NCBI GenBank assembly: GCA_964016885.1
Contig: OZ024747.1
Span: 78,492,001 to 78,556,000, forward strand
Direction of reading: 5' to 3'
From: Eledone cirrhosa
Lineage: Eukaryota
Length of the DNA: 64,000 nt
A model generated the notes under the pieces. It searched no databases. It saw nothing but the letters and a program-made list of their open reading frames with translations, and was not told the DNA's origin. Position numbers and translations under genes: made by a program. Position 1 is the first letter of the stretch, and the number at the start of each line of letters is the position of its first letter. Below are positions 13,481 through 26,828 of this stretch, one piece after another.

Positions 13481-13505
13481 ATGTATATATGTGTGTGTAT
13501 ACATA

Positions 13506-13591
<86 letters not shown>

Positions 13592-13594
13592 CAC

Positions 13595-13661
<67 letters not shown>

Positions 13662-13773
13662 CATACATGCATATATACATACATACGTATCTACATACAT
13701 ACATGCATACATACACACATACACACATACAGACATACAATTAATGTGGTCCCTTCCCGATCTATTCTTAATG

Positions 13774-13854
<81 letters not shown>

Positions 13855-14319
13855 GAAAGGTATAGAAATTGTTTTAGCGAGAAGCTAATAGTATTCTATA
13901 ACATATATGCGACTATGTCGTCAAGATGGGAAAAGTAGTTAACGTAAGATGTAGGAAAAATAATTCAAACTCATCTCAAAAGAGAATCAGGATACAAATT
14001 CATCCACAGAATTTAGTGAAATCCAGGGAAAAATCAATAGACCCTTAACTCATGATAAAATAAAGTTTAAAATACTTATCCTTCAATTTGGAAAAACATC
14101 AAATGCTCTGTATAGTCTTAAAGATTATTTCATGAAAACTTTCCGTGGAGATGGTCACGGTTGGATTTCAATATATATATAAGCAGAGGGGATATTCAAT
14201 TTGTTGGTAATTCAACAAATATAAATGTTTATAACTAATTCAGAGCATTCAACAACTTTTCTGGAGTATAATATACAATGATATTAAATAAATGGAAACT
14301 ATATTTATAAAACCATATT

Positions 14320-14379
14320 TATTCTATTATATATATTTCAAGGGTACCAAAATTTGGTACGCTATCATCAGATAAAATA
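14320..14379 (-). ncRNA. Inverted copy of the 14490-14550 hammerhead
   Basis: Lies in the left arm of the 14275-14595 palindrome and differs only by one base in the stem II loop. Confidence 0.78.
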
Positions 14380-14489
14380 CGAAGTGTGTTTTATAAATGT
14401 TGACATAACCAAGGAGAATATACCTTAACGGTTCAAGTTATCCAGGGATATTCTCCTTGGTTATGTCAACATTTATAAAACACACTTCG

Positions 14490-14550
14490 TATTTTATCTG
14501 ATGATAGCGTACCAAAATTTTGGTACCCTTGAAATATATATAATAGAATA
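14490..14550 (+). ncRNA. Type I hammerhead ribozyme, predicted cleavage after 14542 (AUA)
   Basis: uauuuuau CUGAUGA uagcguacca aaauuu ugguacccuu GAAA uauaua UA auagaaua. Stem I is 8 bp. Confidence 0.8.
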
Positions 14551-14592
14551 AATATGGTTTTATAAATATAGTTTCCATTTATTTAATATCAT

Positions 14593-14645
<53 letters not shown>

Positions 14646-14650
<5 letters not shown>

Positions 14651-14864
14651 ATTTAGTTTGAAACTTGTTAGATCACTACTCACCAGAGTACTCGATACTT
14701 GGGGTAGTAGAGTATGGTTATAATATAAAGAGTCGGTACCCCGACGGCTGAGCTCTTACCGTTTCAACAGCTAGTTCCAGACTGGATCTAGCTGGTGAAA
14801 CAGCAAGAACTCAGCCGTCGGGGTACCGACTCTTTATATAATATATATATAATATAAAGAGTCG

Positions 14865-14867
<3 letters not shown>
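14646..14867 (-). mobile_element. Family B diverged fold-back copy
   Basis: caccagagtactcgatacttggggtagtagag followed by inverted arms around the stem II-like centre near 14782. Confidence 0.75.
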
Positions 14868-14906
<39 letters not shown>

Positions 14907-15344
14907 GTGTGTGTGTGGTGCTGTTAAGTTACGTATGGCCTGTTAGAATATACCGCACCACATGTTACATACATGTATTTTAAATTTTTCTTCCAATTTT
15001 CTTTTTTCATTTTATTTCTTTTTTTTTATATTCCTTTTTTCCGTTTATCTCTTTAACTCAGATGTCCCCCAACCTGGGTCCTGCAACATAGAACTGGGGT
15101 ACGGGAGCTACACTCAAAATTTCAAGTCCTTTGTTAAAAAGATATACACACGTCTCTATGTACTGGGTAATTGCTGGCCTTGTGCCAAAAGTAGAAACAG
15201 TTAAGTTGTTGATTGGAATATAACCTAAAGATTCTTACTAAAAATTTGGAAAGACATCTCCACAGATTTCGGTGTTACTCAGGTTCATTTAACTGGAAAA
15301 TATGAGTTGTGAATCACTGGTACCATCACTTGACACTTTTCTCA

Positions 15345-15571
15345 TACATCGACAGTCGATCGACTTTCGTCAAATCGGACCGAGGAAACAATGTTTCCGC
15401 TGGTCTTTCCAATTGTTTATACTCTCTATCGGTTACAACTCCAGGTAGAAGGAGCAACGTGAAATAAAGTGTCTTTCTCAAAGACATAACGCATCGCCCG
15501 GTCCAGGAATTGAACTCACAACCTCACGATTGCGAATCCAATTCTCTAACCACTCAGCCACACGCCTTCAC
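15345..15571 (-). mobile_element. SINE family F
   Basis: Reverse complement match to 18985-19205. Confidence 0.85.
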
Positions 15572-16217
15572 TTTCTCATACATGGGTGGCTTTAATATTA
15601 CGTTTTAGCTCTGCCAAGGAGTTAGATTCCTTTCTGTATATGCAGCAGCGAAAGAAAAAATAAAAGGCCATGCTGACACAACACAACTGGTGTCAGTGCT
15701 TGAAGCTTTTTTAAGTGAAGAAAGGCCTTGCACCAGGCCAATCACAATCTCTGAACAACGATGATAGGTATACAAAAAGAAGAACAGGTCAACATCATTG
15801 GATGCCATCGAGTCTAATTTCATGAGCAGGCTGTTCAGGTGATCGAAAAACTGGAACACTCATCGATGAAAGCGACGTAGGTCTATTCCTTATTAGGTAC
15901 ATAATGAAGTAGATGCTATCCTACTTAACGTAGAGAGCCAATGAGTTTTAATCAATTAAAATTACATCCGCTGTGAGGAGAACAAAATAATTTAATGAAG
16001 AATTGTGTTCAAGAAAAGCAGAGAAGACAACCCTGGAATTTAAATTTTGAAAAGAAAGACTTCATCAGCAAAAGTCTAATTGTTACTGCAGATCTTATTG
16101 AGCTACAGAAGTATATAGTATTTTTATGAATGGATAGAGTGGCATTACAACTTAAGAAGATGACTAAGGAATCATAGATGGAGATGGACGCCTGCTGGAC
16201 AAATAATTAGAGCGTGT

Positions 16218-16610
16218 CTGTGTGGTTAAGGAGTTCACTTCGTAACTATGTGGCGTTGGTTCGGTCCCATGTCACGACACCCTGCGGCAAGTAACTTCTA
16301 CTATAGCCTCGGGTTCACCAATGCCTTGTGAGTGAAATTTGGGTAAGCTGAAGTTTCAGATGCCCGACATGTATGTATATATGTGCACGTGTGTATATCT
16401 GTATTTGGGTCCGTATTTACGTTTGTGTTGGTATATGTATTTATGTCTAGTAACTTAACGGTTCGACAAAAAAGATCGATAAAATAAGTACTGAAACTTG
16501 ATAGTAAAATAAGTAGCGAGTGTCGTCGAAATGATCGACCTTAAGTCTGTGTCCCGGCATGACCACAATAGCCTAACGATTGAAACCTATAAAAAGGTGT
16601 ATACAATGTA
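16218..16610 (+). mobile_element. Old diverged SINE
   Basis: tgtgtggttaaggagttcacttc..ggttcggtccc head, ggcaagtaacttctactatagcc, gatcgataaaataagtac. Confidence 0.55.
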
Positions 16611-16935
16611 TTAGATAGCAGCTTCTATGAAGCTATTGATAAAAATTACCTGCAAATGTTGTATACAATGATTCGTCTCAGAGAATATCACGGAAGGTGT
16701 TTATGCGGTGAGTAATGTTATTCATTAAAAAATAACACAGACAAACAGCGTCCACGTGTCGATATCCGGCCAATTGACAGGATGACATTATTCATTCAAG
16801 GGACAATACCTGACCTCCAAACTTTTCCCACGCTGGGTCAAACAACTTTATTCATCTTTTAGTATTCATAAGATTACAATCATTCTTGCCAAGTCTTGCA
16901 AATTTCTTAAGAGGTTTTCATTATAATATATATAA

Positions 16936-16970
<35 letters not shown>

Positions 16971-17010
16971 AATATGTGTGTGTGTGTGTGTGTATTCTCA
17001 TGTTAAAGCT

Positions 17011-17080
17011 AAATAGTGAGTCATGTAGTCTGGAGTTTTGCCTGCTTCTCACAGGGTCATCAGACTAGAACTCACTATTT
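17011..17080 (-). ncRNA. Decayed hammerhead-like motif
   Basis: CUGAUGA, a ccug/cagg stem II, AAAA in place of GAAA, and a closing helix aaatagtgag/ctcactattt. Confidence 0.45.
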
Positions 17081-17172
17081 TCCTTAATAAAATATTTAAA
17101 CTCTACTTCGGTATTGTGTATTCTTTTCTCTCAGTCGTCAACTACATAAGGATATATATATATGTATATATA

Positions 17173-17204
<32 letters not shown>

Positions 17205-17236
17205 GATATAGATACATGTGTGTGTGTGTGTATATG

Positions 17237-17317
<81 letters not shown>

Positions 17318-17318
<1 letters not shown>

Positions 17319-17487
17319 ACAAAGGAATTGTGGTAAGGAACCAAATAGACCCGAACGCACCAGAGTACTCAATACTTAGGGTAGTAGATTGGGAAATAGG
17401 AAAAAGCCGTTTCGATGGTTATTTCTGGACTCCAGAAATAGCCGTCGAAACGGCTTGAGCTCTGCCGTCGGGGTCATACTTTTTCAG
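17318..17487 (-). mobile_element. Family B fold-back copy with a deletion in one arm
   Basis: Homologous to the 17566 copy and flanked by (TA)n. Confidence 0.8.
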
Positions 17488-17492
17488 ATATA

Positions 17493-17565
<73 letters not shown>

Positions 17566-17567
<2 letters not shown>

Positions 17568-17763
17568 CGAAGGAAGTGTGGTAAGGAACCAGGTGGACCA
17601 TAACGCACCAGAGTACTCGATACTTTGGGTAGTAAAATGGGTAATAGGAAAAGGTTCAGAACCTCAACGGCAGAGCTCAAGCCGTTTCGACGGCTATTTC
17701 TGGACAGAAATAGCCGTCGAAACGGCTTGAGCTCTGCCGTTGAGGTCCTGAACCTTTTCCTAT
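17566..17763 (-). mobile_element. Family B fold-back copy
   Basis: 57-bp arms at 17644-17700 and 17707-17763 with one mismatch. Flanked by (TA)n. Confidence 0.85.
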
Positions 17764-18556
17764 ATATATAGTTGGTTTAGACGTTCTCAACGAAGCATCT
17801 GTTACACAGACATTCAGAAAAAAGTCCACTCGTCTGAACGGTATTTTCAGTTGAAAATCCGATTTTCATCTGAAGATACCGTTCCCATCACAACAACAAA
17901 TACATACGTTACATCATGGATTGCATAAAGGAACCGTTGGAATAATTATTATGAATAAACGATTTCTGTAACATCAGAACTTTTCTTAATGTTATTCTTA
18001 TACTGAATCTATATTGTAACTACAAATTACGAATGTAGAGAGCCTTCTCCTACTTACTCCAGTTTTTAGCTAAACTACTTCTACTGAACACACACACGCA
18101 CACACACACATATATATATGTACGTGTGTGTGGGGGGGGGGTGTATACTCATACATACATGCACGCACATACCTGTGTGTGAGGAGAGTGTCTGACACAG
18201 GGTCACACAGGTATACATACAAATAAAAATGTTGAACAGTGTAAGTTGCCTTCACTTGGTTCAATACAGAACATGACGCGGTGTTGTATAAAATTTTACA
18301 AGAATTCCATCCAAGAGGATTATGTATTCCGGATTATTTCCTAGCTTCCTAAAATGTCCAAAAAGAAAAAGAAACAAACACCACCACCACCACCACCACA
18401 ACAACAACAACAACACCATCAACCACAACACAGATTGTGAAGCAGTGGAATATAAGTATCAGTTCAACTCGTACCAGTAATACAAAAAAATATCAATAAT
18501 AAGAATATAAACAAGAGCAGCGACGATTACACAAGAGCACGCACACACATGCATAC

Positions 18557-18627
<71 letters not shown>

Positions 18628-18798
18628 CGTTTCTGAATTTGTTTAGCAAGATTCTTTATCTGAAATCGTGTGTTGAAACCGATATTGTTATACTTTGGGA
18701 GGGTCATGTTGCCAAGACTGGTGCGTGTGTTTCTTATTGGCAACATGACCCTCCCAAAGTATAACAATATATATATATACATATACATATATATATAC

Positions 18799-18959
<161 letters not shown>

Positions 18960-18984
18960 CACACACACATATATATGCCTCTGG

Positions 18985-19205
18985 TGAAGGCGCATGGCTG
19001 AGTGGTTAGAGAATTGGATTCGCAATCGTGAGGTTGTGAGTTCGATTCCCGAACCGAGCGATGTGTTATGTCCTTGAGCAAGACACTTTATATCACGCTG
19101 CTTCTTCTACTTGGAGTTGCGACTGATAGAAAGTATAAGCAATTAGAAAGACCAACGGGAATATTGTTTCCTCGGACCGATTTGACGAAAGTCGATCGAC
19201 TGTCA
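18985..19205 (+). mobile_element. tRNA-derived SINE family F (CORE-like domain)
   Basis: A-box tggctgagtgg, B-box gagttcgattc, then tgtccttgagcaagacacttt. Confidence 0.85.
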
Positions 19206-19429
19206 ATATGCCTCTGGTAGAATGAATTAAGTGCAATCCTTGGGCGTTGAGTTCACTTCATCATTTTATTCAACATCATGTCTATGCTTTGGTTTCTTTT
19301 TTCTCTCCCTCTCTCTCGTCACTGAATGACCCGGATGCTCAGCCATCATTTCTGCATACTAACACAGCTACCTTACGCCCCTTCTATCTTTTTTCCAACT
19401 TTCCAACCCTCCTCTCTCTTACTTTTACA

Positions 19430-19466
19430 TTTTCTTGATGAAAGTCTATCGTCCGAAACGTTCAGA
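19430..19466 (+). ncRNA. Decayed minimal hammerhead in a pLTR-like remnant (about 19250-19560)
   Basis: ttgatga aagtctatcgtcc GAAACGTT resembles the minimal Penelope core CTGATGA..GAAACGTY. Confidence 0.4.
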
Positions 19467-19627
19467 GATTCTTTTCCTTTCTTCCACAAGCGAGAAGTTG
19501 ATACAACTGTATAATTGTTCCCTGTGTTTGTCTTATTTTTCAACCTTGAACAATGTGTGAGTGTGTTTGTATGTGTTTGTGTGTGCAAATATTTTAGCCT
19601 TATGATATATATTTCATTCTTATTCTA

Positions 19628-19646
19628 TATATTTTCTCTTTTCTAG
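19628..19646 (+). promoter_or_regulatory. 3' splice acceptor of the LRR exon
   Basis: Polypyrimidine tract ttttctcttttctAG ends 12 nt before the ATG, implying an unlocated upstream 5' UTR exon. Confidence 0.7.
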
Positions 19647-19658
19647 ACGAAAGACAAT

Positions 19659-20780
19659 ATGGATAATTTGAAGAGTCTCCTGTTCTGGCTGCAACTGATG
19701 CTGATAACCGGGACAGGATCTTCGCCCATCGAATATTGTCCAGAATCATGCGTTTGTAAATCTGGGTTTACATCCTGCTCCAGGCTGTCATCTTTTCCGC
19801 TTGATCTTCCACCTGAATCTAAATCAGTGTTGCTAACTGAAATGGTAATTAAGGAGATCCCAGCGAATGTCTTGCAAAGGTTTACGGAACTCACGTCGTT
19901 GAGAATTGAAAACAGTGATATACACAACATCCGAAGAGATGCTTTTAAAAACATCACCAATTTAGACGAGTTAACTTTCTCTGTGTGTAACATCGACCGA
20001 ATTGAAACAAACGCTTTCAACCATATATGGAATCTTACTATTATCCAGTTCCACAACGTGACTGCTAAAATTATAGAAAGTCGAGCTTTCAACAACATAT
20101 TTAATCTCAAAGAATGGACTATATTCGAATCGACAATCCATGAATTCCAAATGGAAGCTATTCATCAAGTTTCAAATGTCTACACATTCTCTATTTATTC
20201 AAACCGAATTGGTCACTTAGGAACAGCCATCTTTTCTTCTGTAATCAACGTTAGACATGTTGATTTTTTTATGAACGAGATCTCTGATATCGGTTGCAAT
20301 GTGTTTGATTTTTCGACCAACGAGTTCTCCAACTTTGAGTTCTATGGTAATACATTTACATGTGGTTGTAACTTGTTTGGTTTGTCGAAAGGAAAGCAAG
20401 TTATATATTATACTTCATCGTCATCTTCTACTAAAAGGAACTCTCCTGTCACTAACAAAATGCTTTCAAGGAAAGATGATTCAACTTTCCCTCACAACAG
20501 TGTCTCTCTTGACAAATGGTATTTTGATGAACTTTTATTCCGAAACTGGTGTGTCTTTACAGACTTGAAACAAAGGATATCACTGGAAAATTACCGGTCT
20601 TCAGATGAAGTGACTTGTCAAGACAGTCCTTGCTTCTCACCCAGTGAAACAAAAAATATTGTCACTATTAAATTCAAGGACGAGGAGACCCCTATGCCTG
20701 GCCTAGGGAGCGGAAGTGTAATACTATATGGTGTTAGCACGTGTTTCACATGGTTTTTATTATTAGCATTTACTTGTTAA
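19659..20780 (+). CDS. Extracellular leucine-rich repeat protein (373 aa) with signal peptide, LRRNT, LRRs, LRRCT and probable GPI anchor; single coding exon
   Basis: Uninterrupted ORF. Hydrophobic N-terminus (LLFWLQLMLITGTGS), cap CPESCVC..C, about 24-aa periodic repeats (IRRDAFKNI, IETNAFNHI, IESRAFNNI), GNTFTCGC LRRCT start, and a terminal hydrophobic tail after GSGS with no cytoplasmic domain. Confidence 0.9.
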   Translation: MDNLKSLLFWLQLMLITGTGSSPIEYCPESCVCKSGFTSCSRLSSFPLDLPPESKSVLLTEMVIKEIPANVLQRFTELTSLRIENSDIHNIRRDAFKNITNLDELTFSVCNIDRIETNAFNHIWNLTIIQFHNVTAKIIESRAFNNIFNLKEWTIFESTIHEFQMEAIHQVSNVYTFSIYSNRIGHLGTAIFSSVINVRHVDFFMNEISDIGCNVFDFSTNEFSNFEFYGNTFTCGCNLFGLSKGKQVIYYTSSSSSTKRNSPVTNKMLSRKDDSTFPHNSVSLDKWYFDELLFRNWCVFTDLKQRISLENYRSSDEVTCQDSPCFSPSETKNIVTIKFKDEETPMPGLGSGSVILYGVSTCFTWFLLLAFTC

Positions 20781-21469
20781 AAAAACAAAACAAACAGTTA
20801 TTTACAACCTCTGTTTAATGTCAGATCTGTCGTGCTTAGAGTTCAGTCCCCTAACCCCCTCATGTTTTCTTTCTAATTTAATTTTGTTTTTATACAATAT
20901 CATTTTCTCTCGTTCCCACATTGTTACAATGTCAGTAAAAAAAGCCGTTGTTATGTAAGCGATAACATTCTTTTTACTGATCTATATAAAGAATGCATCA
21001 CCAATACACGTACATATTCTTCTTCTCACTCTCTCTCTCTCCTCTCTCATTTACACTTTCCCCGTCCCTTACTCAGCACCCTAACTATTATTTGTTGTTA
21101 AAACTCCACATCCGGCATCCATTACATTTTTAATTTATATAATGAATGCCGTGTAAATAACATTGTAGATACGAACTTCCCAATTGTGAATGTGTTCCCA
21201 CGTGCGCGAGCGCATTATTTGTTACCTTCAGTGAAGAGTTTTACTTTCCACTTTTTCTCACAGACTAATGTTTATGTTACCAGCTTGACTGTCTTTCAGC
21301 AATGAAGTAAATGTGATAAATATTGAATGGTGGCCAACAAACGTTTCTCAGCTTTACAGCAGAAACGTTTGATGGTGAAAGTTATAAAAAGTGAAATGCA
21401 CTTAAAAAAAATACTTGACTAAAAAAAAAAACCAACAATTAAAAACATACCTTTATAAATGTTTAGAAA

Positions 21470-21595
<126 letters not shown>

Positions 21596-22524
21596 CGTGC
21601 TTGTATATATATATTAAACCGACCTCAATACATTACTATACATACATACAGTACCTGTAACATACCAGGGTCAGTTTAACCAACTATTTTCCCTTTCTTC
21701 TCAACAAATTTGTGGTTTTTCACCAAAGCTAAAAGTTACTATCTCAGAAATGGGCTTCCAGCCGATATTTCTATATTTACCCAACACTAGTCCTCTGGTA
21801 CAATCAACTCTGATTAATTATTTTAACTAACTTTAAGAAGCCGTCAAATTATGTTGAAACTGAACCTGCTGGAATTATTTGTTGGGGATTTGATAACTTC
21901 TTGGTTTTGTTTGTTTGTTTGTTTATTTCTAGGTGGTGAACTGACAGAGACGTTTGAATGTTGGATTAAATGCTTTGCAGCATTTGTTCTAGCTCTCTGT
22001 GATCTGGGAACAAATCCTTTCAGGGTCGATAAATAAAGTACTCGTCCAACTGTTAAAGCGTTGGATGGGATAATGTTTATTCTAGCGTACGTTCTGAGAC
22101 CAACTGTCACCAGTTGCGGCGACCGAGAGAAAGAACAACTTTACACCTAACCTCTCCCATCCCGCTACAGCCAAAGGGTTGATGAAATAAAATACCAGTG
22201 ATATACTGCGGTCGATCGATCGATTACATTCCTTCCCCTACATCAATCGATCTTCTACCAAACGAAAACAAACATTTCTTGTCTGTTTAGTAAAACCTTT
22301 CAACTGCCACCTGAATATCATTGTAAATATGTCAATAATGTTTATTGTTTTGTTTTTATGGTAATATTGCCGATGAAAATAGTGATGATCATATTTAAAT
22401 AAATATTTCAACTGGGTAATTTTTTATCGAATTTTTTTTTCTTGTTTTCTTGACTTTGCCTACCGAATGATTGGAGCGAACCCTAACTAAGAAAAAAAGT
22501 CTAAAGTCTGTCTTAAGCCAGAAG

Positions 22525-22780
22525 GCTCATTTGGCCGGTGCTTATCCCGGTTTCATGGCGTGAAGCGACTGAGAGTACAAGACTCCCCCCTGGACAGGAC
22601 GCCAGTCCATCGCAGGGTTAAACCCCCAGCTATTGCTGGTACTCATTTTCAGCTGAGTATACTGGAGCAACGTGAAATGAAGTGTTTTGTTCAAGAACAC
22701 AACACGCAGCCCAGGAATCGAACCCACGACATTATGATCGTAAGTCCAACACTCTTACCACTAGGCCACGTGCCTCCACC
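22525..22780 (-). mobile_element. tRNA-derived SINE with V-domain-like segment
   Basis: Minus strand has tggcctagtgg, gggttcgattcc, the CORE-like block and cctgcgatggactggcgtcctgtccagggg. Confidence 0.75.
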
Positions 22781-22888
22781 TAACTAAGAAAGATTCACTT
22801 ATTTAGATATATGATCATAAATACTTAACAATATAACTCAACACCCCTTCCTATTAGAAGTGCGTAGAATCTAGTCTGTTGCGTGCTT

Positions 22889-22935
<47 letters not shown>

Positions 22936-23486
22936 TAGATCCTCCGTCGATTTCGATGATGAGCATTCAGTTCTTCGTCAATTCAACGTCCAGCACGTGT
23001 TTCTAGTCGAGTATACTGCATACATCTGCACCCTTAACGCAATTGCCGAGCTGAATCAATGTGACAATATTGTACTAGGCAGGACATTTGAATCACTGGT
23101 ACAATCCATCTGACAGGCTTCCACATAGTTTTCGTCTACCCAATTTCACGCACAGGGTCGACCTGAGCCTATGGTAAAGTCACTTGCCCCAGATGACACG
23201 GGACATTACGATTGCGAAACGAACTTCTTAATCCCTCAGCTATGCCTGAGCCAATGTTTATATAGTAAATATAATAACAGATCAATTTCTGAGTGGATCA
23301 AAGAAAAAGTTAATCTAGTTGGGATTTGAACTCAGAATCGAGAATGAAATAAAACATTAACTGATGAAATAATTTATAACCAAAATACACTTCTTTCGGT
23401 GAGTCAAGGTCGCTTAACCTGCGAGAAATAGTAACAAAACTTCCCTCAAATCATAATCTACCCTTTCAAAAGAAAAAGATAATGAA

Positions 23487-23632
23487 GTGAAGACGAATGG
23501 CTTAGTGGTTAGAGCATTGGGCTTGCAATCGAAAGGTTGTGAGTTCAATTCTCGGACCGGGTGATGTGTTGTTTCCTTGAGCAAGACACTTTATTTCACG
23601 TTGCTCCAGTTTACTCTGCTGTAGAAATGAGA
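23487..23632 (+). mobile_element. SINE family F-related
   Basis: Same head and CORE-like block, different 3' part. Confidence 0.75.
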
Positions 23633-24545
23633 TGATAAGACTGGGGTTCCTATCATTAAATCATCCAAGACACCTCCACCGAGATATACCTTGGAGGGGG
23701 CCAGCTAAACCTGCATAGGTGTGAGCTGTAACAACAACAACAAAAATATTGGACAATGCAATTCCAGCGCATCTCTCTTACCATCCTCCGGGGAAACGCC
23801 TTCTCCATTCTGTCCGCCGGGACTGAGGGGCAGCCAGCACGTGGGACCCCATTTGCTCAATATACAGAGAGATGGTGAGGGCGAGAGAGATGGAGGCGAT
23901 GACAGTGGGAGTTCGGCTCTTCTGTGTTCGGACCTGGTGTACGTTTGAAAGATGGGGAGGGCGAGAGAGATGGGGGTGATGACTGGGAGTTCGGCCCTTC
24001 CGTGTTCGGACACATTACACCTGTCATGTAGATCATGTGATCATTTCAGATGCTCAATACTGGAATGCCTTGATCATATATTTGTTTCACCAGGGCTGAT
24101 CCGGGACTAAATAACAATACTGCCGCACATTTATTGTTAGCTATGGTGTCACGTTCAAAGATGGCGAACCAGTCTTTGTGTTTTTTAACTATTACAATTT
24201 CTTATGTCTTCGTTATTGGCTTCAACATATGACGACGGCAATATTTCACCTTGACATTGTATATGACGACGGCAATATTTCACCTTGACATTGTATTCAA
24301 GTTTAGTAACTGTGATGTTGCCCAAATATTTTTTGTTTGCTTATTAATGGACACATAATCTTCTCAACTAGCAAACCTGCGATAATTTGCAGTGTGTTTT
24401 GTTTTCTTACACACACACACACACACATACATACAAACACACACGCACACACACAGACATACACACAAGTTAAAAACAAAAAACAAAAACAATAACGAAG
24501 TGCAGTACAAACAGTGTTAGTATTAGGTTCACGCTTGAGAGTGGG

Positions 24546-24577
<32 letters not shown>

Positions 24578-24702
24578 ATATATATATATATGTGTGTGTG
24601 TGTGTATGTGTGTATATATATATATATATATATGTGTATGTGTGTGTGTGTATGTGTGTGTATATATATATATATATATGTGTGTGTGTATATATATATA
24701 TG

Positions 24703-24797
<95 letters not shown>

Positions 24798-25392
24798 TAT
24801 TGTATATGGAAACAAAGGTTTAGCCAGAGAGAAATATTAAATGACCAGTGATTACAGATTGGGGAAATATTATATTTCAGTTGAGTTCAATTTGGTGTCA
24901 GTTGGTACATGCTTGCCTGCCTGATGCCTCAGGTGATTCTCTAAACAATAATAATAATAACCTCTGTTGGCAGGAGGGGGAGAAAGAGTCACAATGGCCG
25001 GATGGACGAGGTTTCAGTAGAAATGTCATTTGTTTGTCAATGGTGTTGTTCTGCTGTTATTGCACTCTGAATAAGGTAATGGATATCACCTGACTCAGCT
25101 AAATATCGATGATAGATAACTGAACTCTGTAAGGACTATTGCCATCGTTGTTGTTGTTTGTTGTTTGTTGTTGTTGTTGCTGCTGCTGCTGCTGCTGCTA
25201 CAGCTGTTATTTTGTTCCAAGCCAGTTTTTTAATCTATTGAACGGCCGACGTATGAATTAACATGTACATGGTTGAGTATTCCACCGACACGTGAACCCA
25301 TAACATCATCTTAAAAATAAAGTAACTTCTTTATAGTACACACCCACACACACACACACACACAAAGAAAAGTAGTATTTTTGATGTTGTTT

Positions 25393-25600
25393 AGTGAAGG
25401 CGTGTGGCTGAGTGGTTAGAGAATTAGATTCGCAATCGTGAGGTTGTGAGTTCGATTCCCGAACCGGGCGATGCGTTATGTCCTTGAGCAAGACACTTTA
25501 TTTCACGTTGCTCCTACTACTTGGAGTTGCGACCGATAGATAGTATTAGCAATTGGAAAGACCATTGTTTCCTCGGTCCGATTTGACGAAAGTCAATCGT
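25393..25600 (+). mobile_element. SINE family F
   Basis: Close match to 18985-19205. Confidence 0.85.
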
Positions 25601-26502
25601 TCCTTAGTTTAAAAGAGAGCATGCTGGATGGTGTAGGACAAAAACGACATGGTACTCATGGTTCGAATTTAATTGATCATAAATTTGTTCGATTACGGTT
25701 GACCACTTGATCAAAAATGGATACACTAAATACCGCAATAAAACAAAACTCTAAAATGATGTTGAAATAATAAATATTCGATTGTTTCCACGATGATTTT
25801 TTCTTTGATTGAAGAGAAAAGGGTGACAAAACTGGACAAAATAAAATAAAATAAAATTTTTTAAAATCATTCACGTCCCAAATATAAAAGTGAAATAATA
25901 ATAGCAACAATAACAAGAACAATACAGGCTGTCTTCATACAAAACATGTTGAGATCAATTTTACTCTCTCCATCAATATATCTTATTCTTATTAAGAGTC
26001 GAATATCGTTTTAAGATGTCTGCCATTGTTGGTGAACAACTTCAGTTTTTCTGACATTTTCTTTTGTCGACATAATTTTTCAGCAAAAACAAATTTCAAA
26101 ATGAAATGAAAAAAAATCAAGAAGACGAAAAGAAAACAAATCTCGCTTCATTTAAAAAGAATATTCATAATTCATTCACTTATTTATTTTATAGCCTGGT
26201 GGTTTAAATATTATTGATGTTGTTACTATTGTTGTTATGGCTGTTGATAATGTGTTTTTTGTTGGAGATTATTGGAATGTGTATGAGAAGGAGGGGGAGG
26301 GGTGGTTATTCTCGTTGTTGAAAAATATCGAAAATCTCTCAGGAACCAACTGCCAAGATGGAGGAGATTCTCTTTTCTTCATCATTCTCCTTTATTCTTG
26401 CTCCATCTTTCCTTTTAATATTTTTTTTATTTCTAGCATTCAACATTTCCTCACCATCGTCTTCTTCCTTCTAATCATCATCAAACTCCTCATTATCTTC
26501 GT

Positions 26503-26828
26503 CACATCATCATCATTATCATCATTATCATCATCACCACCACCATCGTCGTCATCACCACCACCATCATCATCATCACCACCATCACCACCACCACCAT
26601 CATCACCACCACCATCACCACCATCATCTTTATCACCACCACCACCACCACCACCATCGTCGTCATCACCACCACCACCACCACCGTCATCATCACCACC
26701 ACCACCACCATCGTCGTCATCACCACCACCACCACCACCATCGTCATCATCACCACCACCATCGTCATCATCACCACCACCATCGTCATCATCACCACCA
26801 CCATCACCACCACCATCATCATCATCAT
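26503..26828. repeat. (CAC/CAT)n compound trinucleotide repeat
   Basis: Read directly. Similar tracts lie at 42118-42330, 45163-45572 (GGT) and 22889-22933 (ATG). Confidence 0.95.

Larger units (their letters stand above)
14275..14595. repeat. Palindrome with 147-bp arms and 26-nt spacer, each arm carrying a hammerhead
   Basis: Arms 14275-14421 and 14448-14595 are reverse complements apart from one indel. Confidence 0.92.

Noticed and set aside
18985-19065. Functional tRNA genes at SINE heads
   Set aside because: A and B boxes are present, but the cloverleaf is incomplete and continues into SINE bodies.
23878-24295. Short local duplications (about 78-bp pair at 23878-24011; 32-bp pair at 24228-24295)
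   Set aside because: Ordinary two-copy tandem duplications with no further structure.
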